DNA of 64,000 nucleotides from Octopus vulgaris (lineage: Eukaryota): NCBI GenBank assembly GCA_951406725.2, contig OX597823.1, positions 41,788,001 through 41,852,000 of the forward strand, written 5' to 3'. The position numbers and the translations under genes are program-made. Below the pieces are notes generated by a model. It saw only the letters and a program-made list of their open reading frames with translations, was not told the DNA's origin and did not search any database. This document shows, in pieces, positions 37,794 through 51,930 of this stretch. Position 1 is the stretch's first letter. Each line of letters opens with the position of its first letter.

Positions 37794-38694
37794 CACATGC
37801 ATGCACATATTTTGTTACAATATATTTCTGTGTCTCTATGTGCATTTGCAGGTGTGAAAATATAGTTGTTAAATGATGTTGAAAAAAATATAAATATGAA
37901 TTTATGCAAATATACACCTCAATATCTGTATATCAGTAGGAATCATGATTCAGAAGTCATCAACTCCTCCTCTACATGTCATTTCCTTTTCTTCATCTAA
38001 TTTCATGTTACAGCATTGAGCACTATAAAGATAAATTAATTTAGAAATGTTCAGCCTGCACAAATACAGACAGATTGACCTCCCATGTGTCTTTCAGAAT
38101 GGCTTCAATGTGTATTAAGTGCTAAATCTTAGGACAGCATGTCTAAAATATAGACAGGATGACTACGGTTAGAATAACAATGCACGGCTTTTCCATCTTT
38201 CCAATCCATGCCATAGTTCATTCAAAAGCTGATTTGGCTATATCTGCTTAATAATGCAAGTGTATATGGTGGTGAGAACGAGAGAACACTTATGATCAAG
38301 CCATAAAGTTTTGACAGAACCAAATTTCGGTTTGATTCCTGAAAATAGATGCAAAGTATGTTTTATGTCAACATTATATCTGTCAGATACCCATTTGTGA
38401 GTTTGTGGAGGACAGTTTCTACAGCAGTTTTCAAAGTTGGATGTTGGCAAAGATTCTCAATGGCATTAAAATGGTTGCTGTTGAGAGATAAAGAATGTTA
38501 GGTTATATTTGAAGGCGGATGAAAATAAAGATGTTACCAGAGTTAGACTTATTTATTCTGATGACCATGCCAAAAGAAAAGCTTTAAATATTATGGCTCT
38601 GGGAATGTTGCCAGGTAGGGATCTTTGAAGAAGCACAAAACAAAACAGTGTTAAATTTCATTCACTGAATATTTATGTACAAAAGTGCACATGC

Positions 38695-39080
38695 ACAGCT
38701 TCTTAACCATGGCCTCAAGTTCAGTTCCACTTCATAACACCCTGGGTAGTAGTCTTCAAAGATAGCCCTAGGTTGACCGAAGCCTTGTAAGTGCATTTCA
38801 TAGATGAAAACCAAAAAAAGCCTGTCGTGTATCTAGGCTTGTCTGTTTGTTTGTATGTATATATGTATGATGTGCATGTATATGTGTTTTGGGTGTGTTT
38901 TGCTTTGTCTTGACATCACATGACTGTTGTGAATAGGCATCATTGTAATACAAGCAAGGTTTGTTTCTGGCTTTCTGTGAAAAACATGTCTAGCCATGTG
39001 GAAATATTACCTTACTCAGCAACAGTTGATTTTTGGCAATAGGAAGGGCACCACAGAAATTTGGCCTTGAGAAATTCCCA
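38695..39080 (+). mobile_element. Decayed family-A head with RTE-type tail
   Basis: Same organisation as 1075-2010. Confidence 0.65.
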
Positions 39081-40393
39081 ACCTATCTGTTACAGCTGAG
39101 GCATACAGAAACATACACAAATAGCAGGGCACATTTATTCTCTCAAAAGTTTGCATATATTAAAACAAAAATGACCCAAGTGAAATAACTCAAAGTAGAT
39201 AGTGGTATGTATTAGGGAGTCATGGTATGCTCTATCTTATCAAAGAATTGATAACATATTGTATAAACCTAACAAAGCTTTTCTTCTCACTTCTCAATAC
39301 ATAACAAGTTTCAAACTTTCTGCTAAATTAAGAATCGTTATGTGAGTCCTGTTTGAGATTGACCATCGACAAATAAAATACCATTTACTTCAGTTAATTT
39401 GATATTTTAGCATTGTGAGTTTGCATCCTTTATGCTGTGGGAGCATCCTACCTTTTCATCGTTAAAGAGGTTAATGAAATAAAGAGTTGCAATAGATTTA
39501 TTTCATTCCTTTAAGTGTTATATGCTGTATTTCCAATGAAAATATCTTTGTACTTGGTCACAAACAATTCTATTTATTTATTAATTTCTTTTTTTTTTTT
39601 GCTGCTGTTATTGCTACCCCTCTTGTCCCTCTGATCATAATCATGGTTTTATGTAATTAACAAATAAAAAGAAGAATTCAGAGGGAACTAGTGGTGGTCT
39701 GTGTCAGTAGAAAATCATAATTGCTGATCTTCATCATTTACGAAATTACTATCAGTTACTATACAGTTACTGTCATTACAGCTCTTTGCAGTATTGCTGC
39801 CAGTTTTGTTGCGGTTACCAATACAAAACTGTACTTAACACAAAGAGATTTGTTTTTATTTGCTTGTTAAGTTACTGTCATTAACTACCAGTAATTATAT
39901 CTCTTGTGTTGCCTTATTAATACTGAGTAAACTTAGGCCATGCATGAAAGTAAATGTGCTTGTACATATTACAGTATAAATGTTCTTTCTCATTCATCCT
40001 CTCTGAGTTATATATGTGTTTGTGTGTATATATACATATATATGTGTGTGTGTGGATGTATGTGCGTATGTATATATATATATGTGTGTGTGTGTGTGCG
40101 TGTGGATGTATGTATCTATGTATATGTGTGTATGTATATATATGTGTGTGTGTGTGTGAGCTTGTATATCTACAGACATAAAGATGTTTATGAAATATTA
40201 CTACAGTGTATATATGTGCCTATTTTATAACTTTTTCAAATGTGTGAGTATGTATTTATTTATGTATGTATGTTCACTTACACATACACCTTCTGTTGTT
40301 TAAATGTTTCTATATCATATTTCATTTCAGTATGTCTATGCCTGTGTAATATATATCCATAGACTTATATATATATATATATATATACACATG

Positions 40394-40438
<45 letters not shown>

Positions 40439-40465
40439 GTATATATAAATATATGTGTATATCTA

Positions 40466-40519
<54 letters not shown>

Positions 40520-41465
40520 AATATATATATAGACTTATATGTATATATATATACATACACACACTCACACACATTCACATACATGCACTCACATATATGT
40601 ACATAATGTTGTTGAATATACATTTAGTATAGTGATATAATGATTGTTGTTGTATTTGTGTATTTCGAGAAAGTAAACTGATATAATGAAAAAAAAAAGT
40701 AATTTAAAAAAAATTAATAAAAAATAAATCCACATACATGTGTAAAAACAATGGCTGGTACTCTTTTTGGTAATACTCTCTAATTATCTTGCTCTTTTCA
40801 ACATTGTTCTTTTGTCAGACCCTGTTCGAAATAAAATGCATTTTCTGAGTCAATTGAATAGTTGAGAATATCTGACGCAAATTCGTTGTGATTGAGTAAC
40901 GTTCAATACAATAGCAACGAGAGAAAGAAAAAAATAACAAAAAAAAGAGAGAAAAAAAGAGGCAAAGAAAGAAAAGTGAATGTTTATTTCCAAATGATAT
41001 TGACAATGATAATAATATGAATTATTATTCATTCATTTCTCTGTAGTGATACCCGACAAAGGATAACAATGATAATAAAGAAAATAATAATAATGTTGCT
41101 TTTTTAAATAATGCTTAGGTTATTAATAATAATAGTAATAATAATAATAATGATGATGATGAAAGTAATAATAATAATAATAATAATGGTTTCAAAGTTT
41201 AGTTCATGGCTAGCAATTTTTTTGTGAGGAGGGGAAATCAAATACACAACCCCAGTACTTAACAGATACCTATTTTATCAACCCCACAAGTATGAAGTGC
41301 AAAGTTAATCTTGGTGGGAATTTGAACTCAGAATGTAAACGTGAATGAAATGCTGCTAAGCATTTTGTCTGGCTTGTTAACAGTTCTACCAGCTCACTAC
41401 TTTAATTATAATAATAATAATAATAATAATAATGGTAGTGATGATGATAATAATAAGAAGAAGAA

Positions 41466-42459
41466 GGTGTAAAAGATGAATCTACAGCAAATATCTTGCT
41501 CAGTACCATAGATTTGCTTGTCAGTTGCTTGACCATAACCAGTTGAGCACGTCCTTTAGTAGCCAATGATATGTGCATCTCTGATCATGATCAGCAGTAG
41601 TAAGGGATCATCATAGGTTTGAATAATTCACCTCTGGAAACATGCGTGTTCTTTCATTCATCATACTTAAAAAAACTTTATTCAGAGACCTCTTGAGCAA
41701 AATGGGCTACCCAACCTGAAGAAAATTCTAACTGGACCACACCTGCAAGGTCATGTGCTGTTTATCTTGATATGAAATCACTATGCTGCACACATATGCT
41801 TCTGATACATGTGTCTGGTGTACCCATATCAGATAAGTAATGATGGACATATTGGGCTTCGTATATTTGTAACCCTGTGTCACTTTGGAGGCATGCATTA
41901 CTCTCACTCTATAATAATATTTTTTTTTTCTAATTTAAGCACAAGGCTAACAATTTTGAGGGAAAACCTTGTTTTGTCTTGGTATAAAAGAAGGGTTATT
42001 GTAAATATTCTGCTCAATACCACAGATTTGCTTGTCAGTTGTTTAACCGTAACCAGTTGAGCATGTTCTTTGGTGGTTGACAATTTGACAATATGTGCAT
42101 CTCTGATCATGAGCAGAAGTAGTGAGGGAGCATCATAGCCATGTTTTGAGAGGAATTCTTTGGGGTTTGGATAATTCAGCTGTGGAAACATGGGTGTTTC
42201 ATTCATCATCCTTAAACAAACTTTATCCAGGGACCTTTTGAGTGGGATGGGCTACTCAACCTGAAGAAAATTCTAACTGGGCCACACCTGCAAGATCATG
42301 TGCTGTTTATCTTGCTATAAGATCACCATGTTATGCACATGTGATTGTGATGCATGTACCTGGTGTACCCTTATCAGATGGGTAGTCATGATGGCTAAAT
42401 TAGGCTTTGTATAATTGTACCCCAGTGTCACTTTCATGACATGCACTGCTCTCTCACTC
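41466..42459 (+). mobile_element. Two tandem 5'-truncated family-C copies (41466-41909, 41969-42459)
   Basis: Reverse complements of 6183-6650; each ends CTCTCACTC followed by an (AAT)-like tract. Confidence 0.85.
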
Positions 42460-43789
42460 AGTAGTAATAATAATAGTAATTGCTTCAAATTTTGGCACAA
42501 GACCATTAGTTTTAGATATAAGGAGTTAGTTGACTACATCAGCCTAAGTACTTGTTAGGTACTTTATTTTTTAAAACTCCAGAAAGATGAAAGGCAAAAG
42601 TATCTTTGGTAGGATTTGAACTCAGTGTTTGGAACAAACATCTTGTCCAACACACTACCAATCTTGTGACCTATAACAATTATTTCTGATGTATATAAAG
42701 GCAGCTGTTTTGAGAGGTGAAAGTCAGTTCTGCCTATTGACTCCTGTACTTGAAAGGCAATGTCAGCTAACTTCTTGTGGGTTTCAACTCAAAACAATCC
42801 AAAGAAAATATCTTAAGGTATTTTGTCAAATTTCCTTATAATAATTATAATAATAATAATAATAATAATGGTTTGAAATTTTGGCACTGGGCCAGCAATT
42901 TCGAGGAAGAGAGTAATCTGATTCTGTTGACCATAGTGCTCAACTGGTACTTATTTTATCTATCCCAAAAGGATGAAAGCAAAGTTGACCTCACTGGAAT
43001 TTGAACTCAGAACATAAAGACAGATAAAATGCCACTAAGAATTTTAGTCAGTGTCTGAACAATTCTGCCATCTCAATAATATTAACAATAATAGTACCTT
43101 TAAATGGAAGATTAAATTGACTTCAAAATATGACTGGTATTATTGTAAACGTATTGTTACAACATTTTTGTTGAAACATATTGCTTTTGTTTCAATTAGT
43201 TTTGTAAGTCCTGAATAATTTATTAAAATAACTTTGTCTTTATTAAGCTGGTGTTTTGAACATCATTTAACATGAAATGTTGATGGAAGGTTTAAATTTA
43301 GATCACTTTTAAAAGAGAAAGTTTGTATCAAAGAACCAAGTGAATTCTCAGGTGGGCTGGTATCAAAAGACTTAATGAGTCCTGAAGGTTAAAAAGCTGA
43401 CATTAAGGGACTTTAAGTAATATGGCTGAAAATGCATCCAGGAATGCAATTTTTCTGACAAAATTAAGTAGTTTAGCATTTGGGTTTCACCTTCAGTTAT
43501 TTTACCATTTTCAGCGATTCCAACAACTGCAACAGCAACGACAGCAACAAGAATTATAATAAGGATTATATTTTTACTTACATAGACACAAGACCAGCAG
43601 TTTTGAAGGGAGTGTTTAGTCTATTATATTGACCTCAGTACTTAGTTAATACTTTATTTTACCAACTCCATAGGGATGAAAGGAAAATTTGACCTAAAGT
43701 GGATTTGAACACAGTGCCTGAAGAAATACTGCACGGAGTTTCTTGCAATGCTCTCATGTTGCTGCTGCAACAACAACAACAACAACAGC

Positions 43790-43839
<50 letters not shown>

Positions 43840-44129
43840 TAATGTTGGTGATGTGAAAGAAAATAATCTTTAGTTAGCAATTTAAAAGTTGTCAATGCAA
43901 TTAGAATATCTCAAGCTGGAATTTCGCAAATTGCAACTCTGAGTTTTATACCTGTTCTGCTTAAGAGTAAAGTGATAATAGAAAATGAAAGCTGTCATAT
44001 TTAGTTGTGAATTAAACAACTGCATTCCCTTATTCAAGCTGTGCAAATTTTCTCACATGACATCCAAATAGCATTTGGTCAAGATAAATGCACTTTTATT
44101 GAACTGAAGAGAGGATGAAAAGTAGACAG

Positions 44130-45350
44130 CAGTGGAATACAACTTCTAGATGATGAGTATATGAGAGAAGTGAACTGAGAGAGTTCCTAATATCATGCTG
44201 TTTTATTCTACTACATAGGAATTATAGAATGGACAAAGTAGGAACTGGTCAGTGTGAACTGAAAAACTGGGATGATAATGATTATACTTGGGTGCCTTTG
44301 TACTAGAAGTAATGTAGTGAGGCTTTATTTACTTAGGAAGGACGATGGAAGAGGATTGGTTGGAATAAAGGATAGTGTTATGAAGGATATCGAGTCTTTA
44401 CATGCCTATCTGTGAAGGAGTGATGAAAGAATGTTACTGGCTTTACTGAGTGACAATAGTAAGACCCTCAAGGCATACAAACTGAGGACTAATAGAAAAA
44501 AGACCATCAACGGGAAAGAGTAAGTCCTACTCAGAGAGATTTTCCAGCAAATGTTGGATGAAGTTGGCTTATCCTGGAAACAGTGAAAACATGAAGTTTT
44601 AAAGGAGACAGAAGAATTGATTCTTGCTGCTCAAGAACAAACTTTATGAAGCAATGTAATCAAGTGTGGCATTGATAAGACAGCAGTATCACTTTTGTGT
44701 AGATTACGTGAAAAATCATCTGAGATGGTTAGACATAATTAGTGGACACTCAAAACTGTCCCGAAAGGAGTACTAAGAAAAGGCCATAACAAAGTAGCTG
44801 TGCAAATATTCTGGGAGTTGTGCAAGAGGTATAGGCTAGAATGTTCCAATAAGTGGTATGAGAACCAGCCTTTGCCAGTAGCAGAGAATGATCAGGTGAA
44901 ATTCACATGGGATATGCCAATCTACACAGATGAGAAGCTGCAATGTAACTGACCAGATATCTCTCTCCTATGGAAGGAGTCCAAAGAATGAATCTTCATT
45001 GATGTAGCTATACATGCAAACAAGTATATTGTGAAGATAGAGAATTAGAAAGTCAAGAAGTACCAAAACCTTAGCATCAGAAGTGAAACGCATTCATAGA
45101 GCCTCAAAAGTGAATGTGTTACCTATTGTGATCAGTGTGCTTGGGGCCATCTTAAAGAAAACAATATGCTAGCATGCAAAGCTGAAAATACCAAACTTTA
45201 TAGGAAGTCCACGGTTGGCAGCAATACTTGGAACAGCATGTGTATTCAGAAAAATGTTGCATCTTTCCGCTGTGGGAAAAAGTTCAGATGTGATATAGAT
45301 GACTCAAGAGAAGAAAGACAAATAGAAAGAATATGAATAAAAATAATAAT
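44130..45350 (+). mobile_element. Decayed R4/Dong-clade LINE 3' portion (end of RT, CCHC knuckle, RLE)
   Basis: GIIEWTK*EL, RLYLLRKDDGRGL, KETEELILAAQEQTL, LCRL, HNKVA..I.WELCKRY, KWYENQP..VAENDQVKFTWD, PDI..IDVAI, AAILGTACVFRKML; multiple stops and frameshifts. Confidence 0.9.
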
Positions 45351-46399
45351 TATATATATACATATGTACATATGTTCACGGAGCAGCTTAGCCAAACAGT
45401 CATGATCTTTGCATTACAAGCACAAGGTCACAAGCTTGATCCCACCATGTGAACTCTTGAAAAAATATTTTCTCTAGCTTTCTGTCAACATACAATCGGA
45501 TCAGCAAAAGCTTCATATTTATTGAGGTTTTTAGGACTAGAAAGTACAGCTTCCATTAGTTTCAAGTTCAACATTTATTCTGGAGTTTCAACATTAGAAT
45601 ATATAGTACTGACACATAATTCCTTAACTGAAGCATCTGAAGAACCTCAAACTGTGATAGCACCGCTTCTCTAGATATGGCAGGTGTTTCTGCTGGAAAA
45701 TGAATAATAATCAAGAATATTTACATGGAGGTTAATAATGGTCAACAACAACAGTTGTTATACTACTGCTACAATTACTACTAGTAACGGTGGTGGTGGT
45801 GGTGGTGGTTGTGGTGGTAGTAGAGATTAACATCAAAATTGGAAATTTTATCATAAGCTACAAGAAAAAAAAAATCAAAACAGAAGAAAACATCCAAAGA
45901 TTTAACAGTTAATATATTTCTATAGTGTTTGTTTTTTTTTTAAAATTAATTTTGGGATCTTTTTTTTTTTAAATTGTATTTCTACATCATAATTTTCAGT
46001 AATTATAAACTCTAAATAATACCCCACCCCCCTAATACACATGACCATACACACACACACAGACTTCCTGCAGAATGGCAGCTTAAAGTAGATCATATGA
46101 AGGAAGCATAGAAGGGTTGGATTGGGAGATAAAAAGAATCTGATTATCATTATTAATATTTTAAGCTGTCAAAATAGAATTGGTACAATGAAGTTTGTAT
46201 ATCTGTTCTATATATATGTATATCTATTCTATATATAAGGTGGGAGGAGAACAGTAACAACAACAACAACAACACAAATGGAATTTTCTATCTGTAACAA
46301 AAGATAGCATTGTGTATTCTCTTATCTTCTGTATTGTTGTTGTTGTTGGCACTTAATTATTGTTTACCAATTGGCACAAAAGAATTATATTCAGATTAC

Positions 46400-46712
46400 T
46401 TCTTCATACACACACACACAGACAAACATGGACATGTATATCCACACACAGGTATGCCTACACATACACATATAGACACACAAGTATACCTACATATACG
46501 CATAGGCACACAGGTGTACTTACACATACACAAAGAGACATATAGGTATACCTATACATGCACATAGAGACACACGGGAGTACATAGACATAGACATACA
46601 CAGGTGTACAAACACATAGACATACACAGGTATACATACACATACACATAGACATACACAGGTGTACATACATATTACATAGACACACATAGGCATACCT
46701 ACACATAGATAC

Positions 46713-46750
<38 letters not shown>

Positions 46751-47117
46751 ACACACACATATGCTTGCACATGCGAACTGCAACACATGCTTTCAAGTAC
46801 ATGAATCAAAGTCAGATGCATACACGATTGTACAACGATGTGAAACACATGCATAAAATGAATTATCACATGCATACATGTTGTACACCTATTAAAACTC
46901 ACTTCAACACATCTCAGTAAGCATTTAAACCCCTTTAGCATTAACACTTACACACACACACACACACACCCTCATATGCACTCACACACACAGGCACACT
47001 AATACAAAATCTCATTAACATTCATATAATAGACTCTCAAAACTCTTTAAAGCTCACACCTTATCCTGGAAATAGATAATTTTGCAATTATGTACACACA
47101 ACATATCACAGCAAGTA

Positions 47118-47175
<58 letters not shown>

Positions 47176-47408
47176 GCACACTTAAGCAGACATTCATGCT
47201 GAAACACACACGCACACACATGCACACATGAAAGAGCATGTGCACACAGTTATACAGATATAGAAATGCACACACCATTTAGCATACAGTAAAATATCTA
47301 CATAAATCTGTAAAATAAAATATTCCATAAATTTGTTAAAAGCCTGCTGACAGGCACACAAACACAAAGGTAATAATGCGGGATTATCAGATGAAAATGC
47401 AAACACAG

Positions 47409-47471
<63 letters not shown>

Positions 47472-47485
47472 CACACGCACACATT
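46400..47485. repeat. (CA)n-rich microsatellite/minisatellite field
   Basis: Pure (AC)n runs at ~46718-46748, 47120-47172, 47410-47465 and degenerate ACATACACAGGT units. Confidence 0.9.
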
Positions 47486-48319
47486 TATACTGTCATGTAT
47501 AGATGTGTAAATGCATGAGTTTGTTATACAATAAAGTGAGTGCACTTATATCCATATGTTCAACCTTACATTACAGAATTATAAACAGCATAGATTTATG
47601 CTAATTACATTGCATTTAACACAATACATACAGGCAAACGTAGGCTACATATATACATAGTGAGACAAATACAAACACCTCAGCAGACAGACACCCAGTA
47701 CATCCTAAACAAATTTTAGATAAACATAACTGTTTCGTAACAATTGAAGCAATTATTATATTGTTGTTACACTTAATGCAGTGTGTGGTATGTTCTCAGA
47801 AAATTAAATCAGTAATGTATTTGCAATTTCTATTTTAAACAATTTCGCATCATTCACAAAAGGCTTTTAAGCAAAGGCATGATTGCTACAAATTTTCTTT
47901 ACCTTCTCTTAAAAGGTTCAGTATTCTTACATGTAAGGAACAATAACATGGATTTATTATTGAGATATTTTTTATAGATAATGAGAAGGTGGGTGGTATG
48001 AGACAGAGGCATGGCTCAAATCAAAATATATTGCTAATATTTATTCTATTGTACTGACAATAGAATAAATAAGCAAGCCAGTTATAGGAATTAATAATCT
48101 GCATTCAAAATCAGATATCTAAACATTATAATGCTTCTAATCAAGAATTTTCTTCTAGTAGGATGATGGCGAAGAGTTAAACTTAAACTTAAAACTTGTT
48201 TTATATAAATTTGGGAAGTCATTAATTCCAATCCCATCACATCCCTTAACATTCCACTACTTGGAAGATTATAAAATGTGCAGCAGAAAAATAATGAAAT
48301 TTCTTATAATTACTGTTCA

Positions 48320-48990
48320 CAAGTGGCAGAATCTTTACAGATGCTTAGTGGAATTTCTTCCAGCTCTTTACATTTTGACTTTAAAATCCCACCGAGATCA
48401 ACTTTACCTTTCATCCTTTCCAGGTCAATAAAATAAAGAATCAGTCAATCACTGGGGTAAATGTAATTGACACTCCACCCCCCCCCCCACCTTGAAAACT
48501 GATGGTGCTGCACCTAAATCAGAAATCAATATCATTATTATCAGTACTAAGGTGGCGAGCTAACAGACTCATTAGCATTTCAGGCAAAATATCTAATGGT
48601 GTTTTGTTTGTCAGAGTTCAAATTCTGCCGAGGTCGACTTTCCCCTTCATCCTTTCAGGGTTAATGAGAAAAGTTGGAGTCCATCTAATCAACATATCCC
48701 TTCCTCCAGAATTTCATGTCTTGTGGCTACAATAGAAAAGATTATTATTACTATTATTGTTATTGGCGCAGTGTGCTGGCAGCATTGATAGCATGCTGGA
48801 CAAAATGCTTAGCAGCATTTTGTCCGTCTTTGCAATCTGAGTTCAAATTCCACCAAGGTCAACTTTGCCTTTCATTTTTTCGGGGTTGATAAATTAAGTA
48901 CCAATCAAGTACTAGGATCAGTATAATCAACTAGCCCCACCACCCAAATTTCAGGCCTTGTGGCTTTAGTAGAAAGGATTACTATTATTA

Positions 48991-49021
<31 letters not shown>

Positions 49022-49101
49022 CATTATTATTATTATTATTGTTATTATTATTATTATTATCATTATTATTATTATTATCATTGTTATTATTATTATTATC
49101 A

Positions 49102-49144
<43 letters not shown>

Positions 49145-49163
49145 CATCATTATTATTATTATT
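48320..49163 (+). mobile_element. Three tandem family-B SINEs followed by ~180 nt of (TTA)n
   Basis: Family-B motifs; long (TTA/TCA/TTG)n tail at 48980-49163. Confidence 0.85.
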
Positions 49164-49708
49164 CCTTAGTCTTAGTGTTGTTAAGATCTTTTGTTAGAGT
49201 GTGCTGTTATTAGATGAAATTGCAGCTCACAATAGATAAATAAAACTCTTTACATTCTAGCCATTCCCAATGGAATACTTTTATGGGGCCATTCTCTTCT
49301 AATTCTGAATAATATTTAAGCTAGACGTTTCTCCTGGTTCCTAGGAACCATATGTATCTCCATGTATATTTAGTCTCACTAGATATTTGCACCATGTTAC
49401 TTAAGATCCTGATGTATAACACATCCAGTTCTTTGATCACAGATCTAGTAAATTCAGCTATTGCAGTATCAATTATTTATTATCTATCCTGATGTTTCTT
49501 TGCGATAACAGCACAAGGCTGGATGTTAGAAATCCCAAAGTATTTGGTGATTTGATTATATCAAGAGATTGGTGTTTGAACCGTTTCTCTGTTCTTTCTA
49601 ATTCCCTAAGAAATATTTGCTGTTACATATGTATGAACCCACCATACACAAATACATAATACATACACACACATATATATATACACGATATGTATATAAG
49701 TACATGCA

Positions 49709-49742
<34 letters not shown>

Positions 49743-49776
49743 ACACGATATGTATATATGTACATGCAATATATAC

Positions 49777-49840
<64 letters not shown>

Positions 49841-50140
49841 AACTCTATGTACATATACTGATAGGCAGACAGATAGATAAAACACTTAAATAGCAATCAA
49901 CTTACGTTTAGCTTACAGCAAAACTAATACCGCAGCCATTTTTAAAACTCTATACAGTTATAGAAATAGCAAAAGGAAAATACAATAAACAGTAAACATT
50001 TGCTTTTCTTTCTTGACCTCTGAAATCGGAGGGTATCATGATGTTTGTTGGTGACAGTAAAACTCAGATTAATTAAAAAGAAAGTCAAAGAGACCAATGA
50101 TATTTTACTATAAAAGTTGAACTTATATACAATATTGCAG

Positions 50141-50335
50141 ACAAGAACGAGTGTCGAGATCCTCCGAAAGTGCATAATGCTGTACATGATGGGCCTGAGA
50201 CCCAGAAGAAATACTCTGTTGGTCACATGCTTGAGTATCGATGTAAAGAAGGTTTCATGGCTAGAAAAGAAAGTGTGCTCCGAGCATGGTGTATCGGAGG
50301 TGAATTGTGGGTTGGTCCTAATATGACATGTACTC
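50141..50335 (+). CDS. Internal exon encoding one sushi/CCP (SCR) domain; possibly a LEV-9-like protein
   Basis: attgcAG|195 nt, phase 1-1|GTaagt; xKNECRDPPKVHNAVHDGPETQKKYSVGHMLEYRCKEGFMARKESVLRAWCIGGELWVGPNMTCT has the four Cys, C-x-x-PP, Y-x-C-x-x-GF and W-x5-C-type CCP signature; symmetric phase-1 introns are typical of CCP modules. Confidence 0.92.
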
Positions 50336-50388
50336 GTAAGTAACACGTTTTCTGAACAACACAGTTTCTTGCAATGACAATACGTGCA

Positions 50389-50439
<51 letters not shown>

Positions 50440-51108
50440 AATATGCATGTATACATATATACATATACATATTGTAATGTTTTGATCACTAAAAATGATA
50501 ATTCTATGAGTAAAATTTTGCCTTTTCTCTGTATCCAGTAATTACCGATACAACAAACTGATAAATATTAAAAATAAGCTGCCTTGTGCAGGGTTTCATG
50601 TCCAGTTAGAGATCTGCAGACATACAAATGGTCAGTGATCTAAAAATGATATGAAACTCTAAGTAACAGCTTCCAGAATATGCAGTTGATCTAAGATTTA
50701 TATATGTATATGTATATATATGAATCTTCACTTTTAGTAGTTCACAAAATATAGTGCATTTTGTTTGGCTTTCAATATTAATTTTTTTTCTTATAGCTTT
50801 TCTATGTCAAATTGTTTTCATTTCCAGATTTGATTATTTTATTATTTTGTCCAATTAATAAACAGCTTGCTTCTCTTTATTATGTTCTACATATTTTTGT
50901 TTTACATGTATTATGCTTTGATTTATTTTATTGTCTTCTATATTTCATTGTATCCAACATCAAACCTATGAAACCATGGTATACAAAACAAATACAATAT
51001 ATTCAGTGTTGTCATATATAGCATTAATTTCTGCACAAGACCTGATTATATTTAATACATGTAATTATGTAATCCCTTGTCATGTATGTGTGCACATGCG
51101 TGTATGTA

Positions 51109-51146
<38 letters not shown>

Positions 51147-51726
51147 CCAAATGGTAATAAGACAGGAGTGCACCATTGATGCAAGTCCGATAAGTGCCAT
51201 TCTGATGTCTGAAACTACAAACATTATGTAAATTTTCACTTCGAATTTTTGCATAAACTGGTGTTGCAAGTAGAGTTGGTAGAGAAACAATTCAAACAAA
51301 ATCATTAACAATGAGTTAAAGGATTTCTTTGTCTTCTTATCATCCCAATTATAATTTGCTCTACATTACACCCACACAACAGTGTTACTGTTGTGAAACC
51401 AGGATTTTCTACACTTGAAGAATCTGACAGTGTTGATAGCCCAGAACTTGGGTTGAGTGCTTCTCTGGAAATACTCTACCTTTATATCCTACCAGGACCT
51501 AAGATGTATATGTATGTATGTATGTATATATATGTGTATGTATGTACATATGTGTATATGTATGTATGAGCATATAAGTATATATATATGTGTGTATGTA
51601 CATATATATGTCTGTATATGTGTGTACATATATGTGTATGTATGCATGTGTATGTATATATCTGTATGTATATATATATATTTATGTATATATATATATA
51701 TGAATGTATGTATGTATATATATTTA

Positions 51727-51930
51727 TAGATATAGAGTAAAGAATTATTAATTTAATAATTAATAATTTTACCAAGTAGTTCGGTATGGAAAAAAAACAA
51801 ACATCAGTAATAACTTAAATTTTTTTATAATTATAAACATAATTAAAGGATCAGCAAGAGTTGCTTCATTATTTCTAAATTTCGGTATGTGGTGAAGCAA
51901 CTCTTGCTGATCCCTTGATTATGTGTATAT
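51727..51930 (-). mobile_element. Fold-back insertion in (TA)n (Penelope-like remnant)
   Basis: Arms ATAAACATAATTAAAGGATCAGCAAGAGTTGCTTCATTA / TGGTGAAGCAACTCTTGCTGATCCCTTGATTATGTGTAT; ~105-nt unpaired leader. Confidence 0.6.

Noticed and set aside
38230-38530. Possible CR1-like RT 3' remnant on the minus strand
   Set aside because: Too decayed to translate into diagnostic motifs.
45613-45692. Minus-strand candidate exon (ETPAISREAVLSQFEVLQMLQLRNY)
   Set aside because: Good acceptor but ambiguous donor, not phase-compatible with 36835 and no homology recognised; within chance expectation.
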